Shown here: in pieces, positions 9,261 through 18,084 of the stretch | How the letters are laid out: every line of letters begins with the position of its first letter | Numbering within the stretch: position 1 is the stretch's first letter | Origin: Pseudomonas aeruginosa | GTDB lineage: Bacteria > Pseudomonadota > Gammaproteobacteria > Pseudomonadales > Pseudomonadaceae | Length of the DNA: 32,000 nt | Direction of reading: 5' to 3' | Assembly (NCBI RefSeq): GCF_001457615.1 | Contig: NZ_LN831024.1 | Location: 780,001 to 812,000 of the forward strand | Position numbers and translations under genes: made by a program | The notes under the pieces: generated by a model | Seen by the model: only the letters and a program-made list of their open reading frames with translations | Database searches by the model: none | What the model was told of the DNA's origin: nothing

Positions 9261-10127
9261 TCAGGCCTCGAGGTTCTCGACCCGCTCGAGGATGTCGTAG
9301 AGGCTGTAGCGCTCCTGTTCGTCGCGTCGCACCCGGCCCATGGCGACGCACGGATCATGGGTGAAGACCAGTCGGCCGTTGCGGGCGATGAGGCTGTCCA
9401 GCAGGCGTTCCTTTTCCTCGATCAGGCCTTCCGGGAAGCGGTCGTAGCCCATGGTCACCGGTAGGTGTACCCAGGGTGCGCCGGGGATCAGGTCGCCGCT
9501 GAATACCACCGGGCCGTCGGGCATGGCGATCTCCGGGAGCATCTGGCCCGGGGTATGGCCTTCGCTGAAATGGAAACGCCAGCCCTCGCCCAGATGCGCC
9601 GAGCGCTCGCCGTCGTCGAGCAGCTCCAGGCGTCCGCTGGCCTGCAGCAGGTCGAGCAGTTCCGGCACGAACGAGGCTCGGTCGCGCGGGTGCGGCTGGC
9701 GCGCGCGCTGCCAGTGGCGGCGGCCGCTGACGAAATGCGCGTTGGGGAACAGCAGGCGCGCCGGCTGGCCTTCTTCCCAGGCGGCGAGCAGGCCGCCGGC
9801 GTGGTCGAAGTGCAGGTGGGTGAGCAGCACCACGTCGATGTCGGCGTCGTCCAGGCCGACCGCGGCGAGGCTGTCGAGCAGTACGTGGCGCTCTTCCTGG
9901 ACGCCGTAGCGCTGGCGCAGGGCGGGCGGGAAGAACGCGCCGATGCCGGTCTCCACCAGTACGTTGCGCTCGCCGTCGCGCACCAGCAGGGCACGGCAGC
10001 CGAGGTCGATGCGGTTCTCCGCATCGGGCTGCATCCAGCGTGACCAGAGCGCGCGCGGGGCATTGCCGAACATGGCGCCGCCGTCGAGTTTCTGGCTGTT
10101 GCCGAGGAGGGTGGTGAGGGTTCGCAT
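9261..10127 (-). CDS. Metallo-beta-lactamase-fold hydrolase (288 aa)
   Basis: [17 protein letters not shown] (HxHxDH), [35 protein letters not shown]: dinuclear-metal MBL-fold motifs. Confidence 0.88.
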   Translation of the reverse strand: MRTLTTLLGNSQKLDGGAMFGNAPRALWSRWMQPDAENRIDLGCRALLVRDGERNVLVETGIGAFFPPALRQRYGVQEERHVLLDSLAAVGLDDADIDVVLLTHLHFDHAGGLLAAWEEGQPARLLFPNAHFVSGRRHWQRARQPHPRDRASFVPELLDLLQASGRLELLDDGERSAHLGEGWRFHFSEGHTPGQMLPEIAMPDGPVVFSGDLIPGAPWVHLPVTMGYDRFPEGLIEEKERLLDSLIARNGRLVFTHDPCVAMGRVRRDEQERYSLYDILERVENLEA

Positions 10128-10209
10128 GGATATGTCCTTGTTCCTGGTCTAGCGAATAACCGGCGGTTGCGTCGTTTTTCAAGAATGCCTGGCCGGCTTC
10201 CCGGGCGTC

Positions 10210-10242
10210 GTAGGGCGAATAACCGCTTCGCGGTTATCCGCC
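10210..10242 (+). repeat. Single REP element
   Basis: GTAGGGCGAATAACCGCTTCGCGGTTATCCGCC: matches the left half of the 4597-4677 repeat apart from a one-base loop insertion; hairpin AATAACCGC/GCGGTTAT. Confidence 0.8.
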
Positions 10243-10324
10243 GTTATCGCGGGCTGTCGGCGGACAGCGCGTTGCATGCTGTCCCGGAAAAAACACGCGG
10301 CCCACGGGCCGCGCGACGGAAGCT

Positions 10325-12106
10325 TCAGAACTGTTCCGCCTCCAGGCCGTACAGGCTTTCGCTGCCGGCTTCGACGGCGGCGGCGAGGGAGTGCACGCGG
10401 GGCAGGATGCGGGCGAAGTAGAAGCGCGCGGTGGCCAGCTTGCCGTCGTGGAACGCCGGGTCGACCTCGCGCTGGCGCAGCGCGGCGGCGGCCATGCGCG
10501 CCCAGAGGTAGGCGTAGGCGGTATAGCCGAACAGATGCAGGTATTCCACCGAGGCTGCGCCGATCTCGCGCGGGTCGTTGCCGGCGCGGGCGACGATGCC
10601 CTGGGTGAGGTTGTCCAGCAGGTCCAGGGCGGTCAGCAGCGGGGTGACGAACTCCGCCAGTTCGGCGTTGGCGCCGGCGGCGAAGGCTCGCACCTCGCGG
10701 CTGAAGATGGAGAGGAACAGCCCGCCGTTGGCGACCACCTTGCGGCCCATCAGGTCGAGCGCCTGGATGCCGTTGGTGCCTTCGTAGATCTGCGCGATGC
10801 GTACGTCGCGCACCAGTTGCTCCTGGCCCCATTCGCGGATGTAGCCGTGGCCGCCGAACACCTGCTGGCCGAGCACGCAGCTCTCCAGGCCGGTATCGGT
10901 GAAGAAGGCCTTGGCCACCGGGGTCAACAGGGCCACCAGGGCTTCGGCCTGGCTGCGTTCTTCCTGGTCCTCGGCGTACTTGGCCAGGTCGAGCTGCTGC
11001 CCGACATAGGTGGAAAAGGCGCGGCCGCCCTCGGTCAGCGCCTTCATGGTGAGCAGCATGCGGCGCACGTCGGGGTGCACGATGATCGGGTCGGCGGCCT
11101 TGTCCCTGGCCACCGGGCCGGTCGGCGCGCGGCTTTGCAGGCGCTCGCGGGCGTAGGCGACGGCGCTCTGGTAGGACATCTCGGCGCAGCCGATGCCCTG
11201 GATGCCGATGGACAGGCGCTCGTAGTTCATCATGGTGAACATCGCCGCCAGGCCCTTGTTGACTTCGCCGACCAGCCAGCCGCTGGCGCCGTCGAAGTTC
11301 ATCACGCAGGTGGCCGAGGCCTTGATCCCCATCTTGTGCTCGATGGAGCCGCAGTGCACCGCGTTGCGTGCGCCGAGCGCGCCGTCGTCGCCGACCAGGA
11401 ACTTCGGCACCAGGAACAGCGAGATGCCGCGCGAACCGGCCGGCGCGTCGGGCAGCTTGGCCAGCACCAGGTGGATGATGTTCTCGGTGAGGTCCTGCTC
11501 GCCGCCGGTGATGAAGATCTTCGTCCCGCTGATCCTGTATGAACCGTCGGCCTGCGGCTCGGCCTTGGTGCGGATGATGCCCAGGTCGGTGCCGGCGTGC
11601 GGTTCGGTCAGGCACATGGAGCCGGCCCAGGTGCCGGCGTACATGTTCGGCAGGTACCTGTTCTTCAGCTCCTCGCTGCCGTGCGCATCGAGGGCCAGGC
11701 AGGCGCCGGCGGAAAGGGTCGAGTAGAGGCTGAAGCTGGCGTTGGCCGCGTACATCATCTCCTCGAACTGCACTGCCAGCATCTTCGGCATGCCCATGCC
11801 GCCATGGGCCGGATTGCCGGTGAGGCCGACCCAGCCGCCCTCGGCGTAGGTCGCGTAGGCCTCGCGGAAGCCGGCCGGGGTGCGCACGGCGCCGTCCTGC
11901 CACTGCGCGCCTTCTTCGTCGCCACTGCGGTTGAGCGGCGCGAGCAGGCCGCCGGTGACCTTGGCCGCTTCCTCGAGGATGGCGTCGGCGGTGTCGGCGT
12001 CGATCCGCTCGGCCAGTCGCGGCAGGCGCTGCCACAGGGCGGGGGCGTCGAACACGTCGTTGAGCAGGAAGCGCATGTCGCGCAGCGGGGCGTTGTATTC
12101 AGGCAT
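10325..12106 (-). CDS. Acyl-CoA dehydrogenase, long C-terminally extended type (593 aa)
   Basis: MPEYNAPLRDMRFLLNDVFDAPALW...LTEPHAGTDLGIIRTKAEPQADGSYRISGTKIFITGGEQDLTENIIHLVLAKLP...AQIYEGTNGIQALDLMGRKV: ACAD signatures. Start taken at the ATG ending at 12106; the track ORF extends too far. Confidence 0.92.
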   Translation of the reverse strand: MPEYNAPLRDMRFLLNDVFDAPALWQRLPRLAERIDADTADAILEEAAKVTGGLLAPLNRSGDEEGAQWQDGAVRTPAGFREAYATYAEGGWVGLTGNPAHGGMGMPKMLAVQFEEMMYAANASFSLYSTLSAGACLALDAHGSEELKNRYLPNMYAGTWAGSMCLTEPHAGTDLGIIRTKAEPQADGSYRISGTKIFITGGEQDLTENIIHLVLAKLPDAPAGSRGISLFLVPKFLVGDDGALGARNAVHCGSIEHKMGIKASATCVMNFDGASGWLVGEVNKGLAAMFTMMNYERLSIGIQGIGCAEMSYQSAVAYARERLQSRAPTGPVARDKAADPIIVHPDVRRMLLTMKALTEGGRAFSTYVGQQLDLAKYAEDQEERSQAEALVALLTPVAKAFFTDTGLESCVLGQQVFGGHGYIREWGQEQLVRDVRIAQIYEGTNGIQALDLMGRKVVANGGLFLSIFSREVRAFAAGANAELAEFVTPLLTALDLLDNLTQGIVARAGNDPREIGAASVEYLHLFGYTAYAYLWARMAAAALRQREVDPAFHDGKLATARFYFARILPRVHSLAAAVEAGSESLYGLEAEQF

Positions 12107-12154
12107 TGCACACCTCGTCGGTGAACGGCCGGCGGGACGGCCGCAGGTACAGGG

Positions 12155-12208
12155 TTGCCCGTGCGCATCCTGCCTACGGCCGCCGTGGCACGGCCGCTGC
12201 ACGGGCAA
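12155..12208. repeat. Inverted repeat in the acyl-CoA synthetase/dehydrogenase intergenic gap
   Basis: TTGCCCGTGC (12155-12164) and GCACGGGCAA (12199-12208): perfect 10-bp arms enclosing a second GC-rich dyad (CGGCCGCCGTGGCACGGCCG). Confidence 0.6.
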
Positions 12209-12223
12209 TTCGGCTGGCGGCGC

Positions 12224-13846
12224 TCAGAGGGCGGCGGCCCACTCGCGCAGCACGTATTTCTGGATCTTGCCGGTGGAGGTCTTCGGCAGTTCCGAGAACA
12301 CCACGGTACGCGGAATCTTGAACGCGGCCAGGTGTTCGCGACAGAACGCGACGATCTCGCTCTCGGCGAGCCCCTGATGATCGCTCTTCAGGGTAATGAA
12401 CGCACAGGGCGTTTCCCCCCACTTTTCGTCGGGCCGCGCCACCACCGCCGCCTCCAGCACCGCCGGGTGGCGGTAGAGCACGCCCTCCAGTTCGATGGTG
12501 GAGATGTTTTCGCCGCCGGAGATGATGATGTCCTTGAGCCGGTCGCGGATCTCGATGTAGCCGTCCGGATGGCAGACCGCCAGGTCGCCGGTATGGAACC
12601 AGCCGCCGGCGAAGGCTTCCTCGGTGGCGCTGGGATTCTTCAGGTAGCCCTTCATCACGGTATTGCCGCGCATGAATATCTCGCCGATGGACTGGCCGTC
12701 GCGCGGCACCGGCTCGAGGGTCTTCGGGTCGGCCACCATCACCCCTTCGAGGGTCGGGTAGCGCACGCCCTGGCGCGACTTGATCGCGGCGCGTCGCTCC
12801 AGCGGCAGGTCGTCCCACTCGCCGTGCCAGGCGCAGACCGTGACCGGGCCGTAGACCTCGGTGAGGCCGTAGACATGGGTGACGCGGATGCCCATCTCTT
12901 CCACCGCGCCGATCACCTTGGCCGGTGGCGCGGCGCCGGCGACCATGGCATGCACCGGGTGGTCGATGGCGGCCTTGGCCGAGTCGGGCATGTTGATCAG
13001 GGCGTTGAGCACGATGGGCGCGCCGCACAGGTGGCTGACCTGGTGCTCGCGGATCAGGGTGAGGACCTTTTGCGGATCGACCCGCCGCAGGCAGACGTGG
13101 ACGCCGGCCAGCGCGGTCACCGTCCACGGATAGCACCAGCCGTTGCAGTGGAACATCGGCAGGGTCCAGAGGTACACCGGGTGCTGGCCCATGGACCAGG
13201 TCATCTGGTTGCCCAGCGCGTTCAGGTAGGCGCCGCGGTGATGGTAGACCACGCCCTTGGGGTTGCCGGTGGTGCCCGAGGTGTAGTTCAGCGAGATCGC
13301 CTGCCACTCGTCCCGGGGCCATTCCCAGGCGAACTGCGGGTCGCCCTCGGCGAGCAGCGCCTCGTAGTCCAGTTCGCCAACCGGGCGGCCTTCGCCATAC
13401 TCGGGGTCGTTGACGTCGACCACCAGCGGCGGGTGGTCGAGCATACCGATGGCGGCATGGATCACCTCGTGGAATTCGTAGTCGGTGATCAGCACCTTGG
13501 CTTCGCCGTGTTGCAGCATGAAGGCGATGGCTTCGGCGTCGAGGCGTACGTTGAGGGTGTTCAGCACCGCGCCGATCATCGGCACGCCATAGTGCGCCTC
13601 GAGCATCTCGGGGATGTTCGGCAGCATCACCGCCACCGTGTCGCTCTGGCCGATGCCGCGCCCGGCCAGGGCCGAGGCCAGGCGTCGGCAGCGTTGGTAG
13701 GTCTGCGCCCAGTCGCGGCGGATGTTGCCGTGGATCACCGCGGGGTAGTGCGGATAGACGCTGGCGGTGCGCTCGATGAAGCTCAGCGGCGTCAGGGCGA
13801 TGTGGTTGACGGCGGCGGGCGCGAGACCCTGTTCGAAGATCGACAT
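12224..13846 (-). CDS. AMP-binding acyl-CoA synthetase/ligase (540 aa)
   Basis: LNYTSGTTGNPKGVVYHHRGAYLNALG (P-loop), VTHVYGLTEVYGP, GWFHTGDLAVCHPDGYIEIRDRLKDIIISGGENISTIELE, PKTSTGKIQKYVLR: ANL-superfamily motifs. Confidence 0.92.
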   Translation of the reverse strand: MSIFEQGLAPAAVNHIALTPLSFIERTASVYPHYPAVIHGNIRRDWAQTYQRCRRLASALAGRGIGQSDTVAVMLPNIPEMLEAHYGVPMIGAVLNTLNVRLDAEAIAFMLQHGEAKVLITDYEFHEVIHAAIGMLDHPPLVVDVNDPEYGEGRPVGELDYEALLAEGDPQFAWEWPRDEWQAISLNYTSGTTGNPKGVVYHHRGAYLNALGNQMTWSMGQHPVYLWTLPMFHCNGWCYPWTVTALAGVHVCLRRVDPQKVLTLIREHQVSHLCGAPIVLNALINMPDSAKAAIDHPVHAMVAGAAPPAKVIGAVEEMGIRVTHVYGLTEVYGPVTVCAWHGEWDDLPLERRAAIKSRQGVRYPTLEGVMVADPKTLEPVPRDGQSIGEIFMRGNTVMKGYLKNPSATEEAFAGGWFHTGDLAVCHPDGYIEIRDRLKDIIISGGENISTIELEGVLYRHPAVLEAAVVARPDEKWGETPCAFITLKSDHQGLAESEIVAFCREHLAAFKIPRTVVFSELPKTSTGKIQKYVLREWAAAL

Positions 13847-14020
13847 GAAGAGTACCCCGTGGCTGATTGTTAGCTCTGTTCTGGGTAAGGGTCAGGATCT
13901 GCCGCGCGCGGAGAGACTGCGTCGAAAACGGCTGGTTTCTCTGGCTCGGCAGATCGTGAACAGCTTCCAAGGACCAGGCGAAGCGCTCCTTGGGTTGGGG
14001 CGATTTATAGCAACGATGAA

Positions 14021-14069
14021 AAATATATGGAAGTTAAACCATAAGCTTATAGTATAAATACCATATAAG
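14021..14069. promoter_or_regulatory. AT-rich dyad region upstream of bfiS (possible operator)
   Basis: AAATATATGGAAGTTAAACCATAAGCTTATAGTATAAATACCATATAAG: TATGG (14026-14030)...CCATA (14039-14043) dyad, a second CTTATA/TATAAG dyad and a further ACCATAT. Confidence 0.5.
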
Positions 14070-14091
14070 TTCCCAGGATCATCTTCCGCCC

Positions 14092-16368
14092 ATGAGTCCG
14101 CTTCCCGCTTCGCCTGCACTCAACAGCCTCCTGCGCCTGCTGCGCGAGGGCGCGCCGCTGGTCGAGCGGGTCGGTGCGCTGCGCCGCTTGCTGCTCGAAC
14201 ATCCGGGCACGCGCCAGGCCTGGTACCTGGCCTGGCAGCCGCAGGCGCAGACCTATACCCCGGTGCCGCCGTCGCCGGCGCTGCCGCCGGGCGCCGGCGA
14301 GCCGAACCGGGCCAGCGACCTGGCGTTGCGCGAGCGGCTGGTGCGCGACGGCCGGCTGGCTCTGGACGAATTGCGGCGTTCCGCCTCCTGGCTCGGCGCG
14401 CGCTTGCGGCGTGCCGGCGTGGAGCATGGCATGGCCTTCGCCCTCGACCTGCAGGCCGGCGACGAAGGCCTGCTGCTGGTGGCCAGCGATACGCCGCAGA
14501 GCGCTGCGCTGGACTGGCTCGGCCTGCTCCTCGCACCGTTGCTCGCCGCCGCCCGTGGCGTCACCCGCGCTGCGCCGTTCCTCGCGGCCGACCCGCAGCC
14601 GGCGCTGCTGCTCGACGGCGAGGCGCAGGCGGTGGAATTCAACCAGGCCTTCCTTGCCTTGCTTGGCGAGCGGCCGCGCGAGGCCTGGCGCGCTTACCTC
14701 CCGGCCAACCATGGGCAACTGGTGCGCGCCAGCCTGGGGCAGGCGCGGGCCCTCGGCGAGGTGGAGGCGGAGTGCGACGGGCGCATCCTGCTCTGGCAGT
14801 TCATTCCCGACAGCGCCGAGGCCCGGGTGCTGGCGCGCTGCCGCGACGCCACCGCCAGCCTGCGCGGCGAGCGCGAGGCGGCGCGGGCCAGCCGGCTGTA
14901 CCGGCTGATCACCGAGAACACCACCGACCTGATTTCCCGGCATACCCTCGACGGCATTTTCCTCGACGCCTCGCCGGCCTCCTGGACCCTGCTCGGCTAC
15001 TGGCCGGAGGAACTGCGCGGGCGTCCGGCGCAGGCGTTGTTCCACCCCCAGGACCGCGGCCAGGTGGCGCTGCGCGCGCGCGAAGCGCTGGAGCAGGACG
15101 GCTACCTGACCATCACCTACCGTATCCGCCACCGCGACGGCCGCTACCGCTGGTTCGAGACCGCCAGCCGGGCGATCCGCGAGACCTACACCGGGGCGGT
15201 GGTGGAGGTGGTCAGCGTGTCCCGCGATGTCACCCGGCGGGTCGAGGCGGAGGAGAACCGCCGGCGCCTGGCCGAAGTGGTCGAGGCGAACACCGACCTG
15301 GTGCTGTTCGTCGAGCATGGCGGCCGCGTCACCTACCTCAATCCTTCGGCACGTGCCGCCCTCGGCATCGCCGACGGGCAGGAGGCGCCGGCGCTGGAAC
15401 GCCTGCTGGCCGGCGACACTCCGGCGCGGCTGGCCGAAGAGGGTTGGCGACAGGCGCGCGATGGCGGCGTTTGGAGCCGCGAGGGGCGCCTGCAACCGCA
15501 GGACGGGCGTCCGTCGCTGCCAGTCTCGCTGGTGTTGCTGGCCCATCGCGGCCGCGGCGAGGAGCGCTATTACTCGCTGGTGGCCCGCGACATGACCGAA
15601 CGCGAACTGCGCGAGGCCCAGCAGCGCCGTCACCAGGACGAACTGGCGCACACTGCGCGGCTGGTCACTCTCGGCGAACTGGCCTCGGGCATCGCCCACG
15701 AGATCAACCAGCCGCTGGCGGCGGTGATGAACTACGCCAGCGCCAGCCAGCGTTACCTGGCCGTCCTCGGCAGCCAGCCCGAGGCCGCCGGGCGGGTGGC
15801 CGAGGGGCTGGCGCGGATCGGCGAGCACGCCGGCCACGCGGCGGAGGTGATCAAGCGCCTGCGCGCCTTCCTGCGCAAGGGCCAGCGGCGCCTGCAGGCG
15901 CTCGACCTCAACCAGGTGGCACGCGAGGCCATCGGCCTCTGCGCGTGGGAAGCCGGGCACTGGCAAGTGGCGGTGGAAGAGGCGATGACCGACAATCCGC
16001 CGCCGCTGTATGCCGACCGCGTGCTGCTCGAACAGGTGTTCCTCAATCTGCTGCGCAACGCCATCGAAGCCAACCGCGAGGCGCATCCCGGCTCGCCGTC
16101 GCGGGTCGTCATCGGTAGCCGCGTCGAGCCCGGCGGGCTGCTCTGCCTGTGGGTTCGCGACCAGGGACCGGGAGTGCCGGCGGATCAGCTGGAACACATT
16201 TTCACGCCGTTCCACACCAGCAAGCCGGAAGGGCTGGGCCTGGGCCTGTCGATGAGCCGCAGCATCGTCGAGGGCTTCGGCGGCACCCTCGAAGCCGAGC
16301 TGCCGGCGGATGGCGGGTTGCTCATGAACTGCCGGCTGCCGCTCGCCGCCGGCGCCACGGGAGGGTAA
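14092..16368 (+). CDS. bfiS: PAS-domain sensor histidine kinase BfiS (758 aa)
   Basis: Two PAS-like segments (LITENTTDLISRHTLDGIFLDASPASWTLLGYWPEELRG; VVEANTDLVLFVEHGGRVTYLNPSARAALG), H-box LGELASGIAHEINQPLAAVMNYASASQRYL, N-box FLNLLRNAIEANRE, G-boxes VRDQGPGVP and GLGLGLSMSRSIVEGFGG. Confidence 0.88.
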   Translation: MSPLPASPALNSLLRLLREGAPLVERVGALRRLLLEHPGTRQAWYLAWQPQAQTYTPVPPSPALPPGAGEPNRASDLALRERLVRDGRLALDELRRSASWLGARLRRAGVEHGMAFALDLQAGDEGLLLVASDTPQSAALDWLGLLLAPLLAAARGVTRAAPFLAADPQPALLLDGEAQAVEFNQAFLALLGERPREAWRAYLPANHGQLVRASLGQARALGEVEAECDGRILLWQFIPDSAEARVLARCRDATASLRGEREAARASRLYRLITENTTDLISRHTLDGIFLDASPASWTLLGYWPEELRGRPAQALFHPQDRGQVALRAREALEQDGYLTITYRIRHRDGRYRWFETASRAIRETYTGAVVEVVSVSRDVTRRVEAEENRRRLAEVVEANTDLVLFVEHGGRVTYLNPSARAALGIADGQEAPALERLLAGDTPARLAEEGWRQARDGGVWSREGRLQPQDGRPSLPVSLVLLAHRGRGEERYYSLVARDMTERELREAQQRRHQDELAHTARLVTLGELASGIAHEINQPLAAVMNYASASQRYLAVLGSQPEAAGRVAEGLARIGEHAGHAAEVIKRLRAFLRKGQRRLQALDLNQVAREAIGLCAWEAGHWQVAVEEAMTDNPPPLYADRVLLEQVFLNLLRNAIEANREAHPGSPSRVVIGSRVEPGGLLCLWVRDQGPGVPADQLEHIFTPFHTSKPEGLGLGLSMSRSIVEGFGGTLEAELPADGGLLMNCRLPLAAGATGG

Positions 16369-16370
16369 CG

Positions 16371-17015
16371 ATGGCTATGCCTGACGAAGCGCTGGTCTAC
16401 GTGGTCGACGACGACCAGGGCATGCTCGAATCGACGGTCTGGCTGCTGGAATCGGTCGGCCTCAAGGCACGGCCCTTCACCCAGGGCCGGGACTTCCTCG
16501 ATGCCTGCGAGGGCGGCCGCCATGCCTGCGTCCTGCTCGACGTGCGGATGCCCGGCATGGGCGGGCTGAACGTGCAGGACGAACTGCTGGCGCGCGGCAT
16601 CGACCTGCCGGTGATCTTCGTCAGCGGCCATGCCGACGTGCCCATCGTGGTGCGCGCCTTCAAGGCCGGTGCGGTGGATTTCATCGAGAAACCCTACAAC
16701 GAACAATTGCTGCTCGACAGCGTGCAGCAGGCCCTCGATCGCCACGCCCGTCGGCGCCGGCACCGCGATCTCGACGCCGGGTTGCGCGAACGCCTGGACA
16801 GCCTCACCCCGCGCGAGCGCGACGTGCTCTTGCCGCTGGTGCGCGGCTATACCAGCCGCGAGGTGGCCGAGCAACTGGAAGTCAGCGTGAAGACCGTCGA
16901 CCTCTACCGCGCGCGGGTGATGAAGCGCATGCAGGCCCAGACCCTGCCGGAGCTGGTGGGCATGGCCATCGCCGCCGGGCTGGTGGACCCGCTGCGCTTG
17001 CGCGAGGGCACCTGA
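16371..17015 (+). CDS. bfiR: FixJ/NarL-type response regulator BfiR (214 aa)
   Basis: MAMPDEALVYVVDDDQGMLESTVWLLESVGLKARPFTQGRDFLDACEGGRHACVLLDVRMPGMGGLNVQDELL...LTPRERDVLLPLVRGYTSREVAEQLEVSVKTVDLYRARVMKRMQA: REC plus LuxR-type HTH. It begins 3 bp after the bfiS stop. Confidence 0.88.
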   Translation: MAMPDEALVYVVDDDQGMLESTVWLLESVGLKARPFTQGRDFLDACEGGRHACVLLDVRMPGMGGLNVQDELLARGIDLPVIFVSGHADVPIVVRAFKAGAVDFIEKPYNEQLLLDSVQQALDRHARRRRHRDLDAGLRERLDSLTPRERDVLLPLVRGYTSREVAEQLEVSVKTVDLYRARVMKRMQAQTLPELVGMAIAAGLVDPLRLREGT

Positions 17016-17064
17016 GCGCGCGCGGGCCCTGGCGCAGGGCGGAAGTGGCATAGTTTGATATCTC

Positions 17065-17087
17065 ATATGGTTATATGAAAACCATAT
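17065..17087. promoter_or_regulatory. Perfect palindrome upstream of the ABC transporter operon (possible operator)
   Basis: ATATGGTT-ATATGAA-AACCATAT: perfect 8-bp arms, 7-nt spacer, in an AT-rich island; shares TATGG/CCATA half-sites with the bfiS upstream region. Confidence 0.6.
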
Positions 17088-17169
17088 TTCACCGGATGTT
17101 TGGTTATTAATAGACTGCGGCCCACCCGGCGCCCGACGTCGAACCCCATTCCTCCGCGAGATACCCATC

Positions 17170-18000
17170 ATGAAGATTCGCCTGCTTGGCGCAGCCGTGG
17201 CGGCTGTGTTCACCCTGATCGGCAGCGCTGCCCATGCCGACGACCTGGCCGACATCCGCAAAAAGGGCGAGATCGTCATCGGCACCCTTGGCACCGACGA
17301 GCCGAACAGCTTCATCGACCCGAAGACCCGTCAGATCATCGGCTACGAGGTCGATCTTGGTACCGAGATCGCCAAGGCCATCGGGGTCAAGCCGGTGTTC
17401 AAGCAGATTTCCGTGGCGGCGCGTATCCCGGAGTTGCAGCAGGGCCACGTGGACCTGCTCGCCGCCTCGCTGACCCACAACAAGGAGCGCGAGGCGCTGG
17501 TGGATTTCTCCTATTCGATCATCGTCACCGGGCAGAAGGCCCTGGTGAAGAAGAACGCCGGCTTCGCCTCGCTGCATGACCTCGACGGCAAGAAGGTGCT
17601 GACGGTCAAGGGCGGCACCCAGGAGCCGAACATCCGCAAGGCGCTGCCCAACGCCCAGGTGGTCACCTTCGAGACCAGCCAGCAGGCGCTGCTGGCGTTG
17701 CAGCAGGGCAAGGGTCAGGCCTTCGTCGACGACGAGTCGGCACTGGTCAACGATTTCGGCAAGCTCGGCGCGGCGGCCGGCGGCTACGCCATCCTGCCGG
17801 AGAACCTGAGTACCGAGGCCCTGGCCATCGCCTTCCGCAAGGGCAATCCGCAACTCAAGCAACTGGTCGACTCGACCCTCGCCGGCCTGGAGCGCAGCGG
17901 CGCGGCGGAGCAGCTGTACCTCAAGTGGTACGGGCCGGGCACCAAGTCCAACCTCAGCGAGCGCCACTTCAAGATCGATTCCGACCGGATCCCCGAGTGA
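17170..18000 (+). CDS. Polar amino-acid-type ABC transporter, periplasmic substrate-binding protein (276 aa)
   Basis: MKIRLLGAAVAAVFTLIGSAAHADDLADIRKKGEIVIGTLGTDEPNSFIDPKTRQIIGYEVDLGTEIAKAIGVKPVFKQISVAARIPELQQGHVDLLAASLTHNKER: signal peptide plus SBP_bac_3 fold. Confidence 0.92.
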   Translation: MKIRLLGAAVAAVFTLIGSAAHADDLADIRKKGEIVIGTLGTDEPNSFIDPKTRQIIGYEVDLGTEIAKAIGVKPVFKQISVAARIPELQQGHVDLLAASLTHNKEREALVDFSYSIIVTGQKALVKKNAGFASLHDLDGKKVLTVKGGTQEPNIRKALPNAQVVTFETSQQALLALQQGKGQAFVDDESALVNDFGKLGAAAGGYAILPENLSTEALAIAFRKGNPQLKQLVDSTLAGLERSGAAEQLYLKWYGPGTKSNLSERHFKIDSDRIPE

Positions 18001-18084
18001 GCGCCTGACGTCTCTGCGTGACGGCGACCATGCGCGTCGCCGCCCGTCCCCTGTGAGTCCTCGCGGACAGCGTGCGCCTTTCCC

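Noticed and set aside
12155-13873. 572-aa plus-strand ORF
   Set aside because: Antisense shadow of the acyl-CoA synthetase; no domain and no promoter/RBS support.
10179-13970. Long minus-strand alternative-frame ORFs (618 aa at 10179-12035 and 598 aa at 12174-13970)
   Set aside because: Low-complexity R/A/G/P-rich out-of-frame readings of the acyl-CoA dehydrogenase and AMP-ligase genes, which are strongly supported in other frames.
14047-16215. 722-aa minus-strand ORF antisense to bfiS
   Set aside because: His/Arg/Gln/Gly-rich shadow of the well-supported bfiS coding frame.
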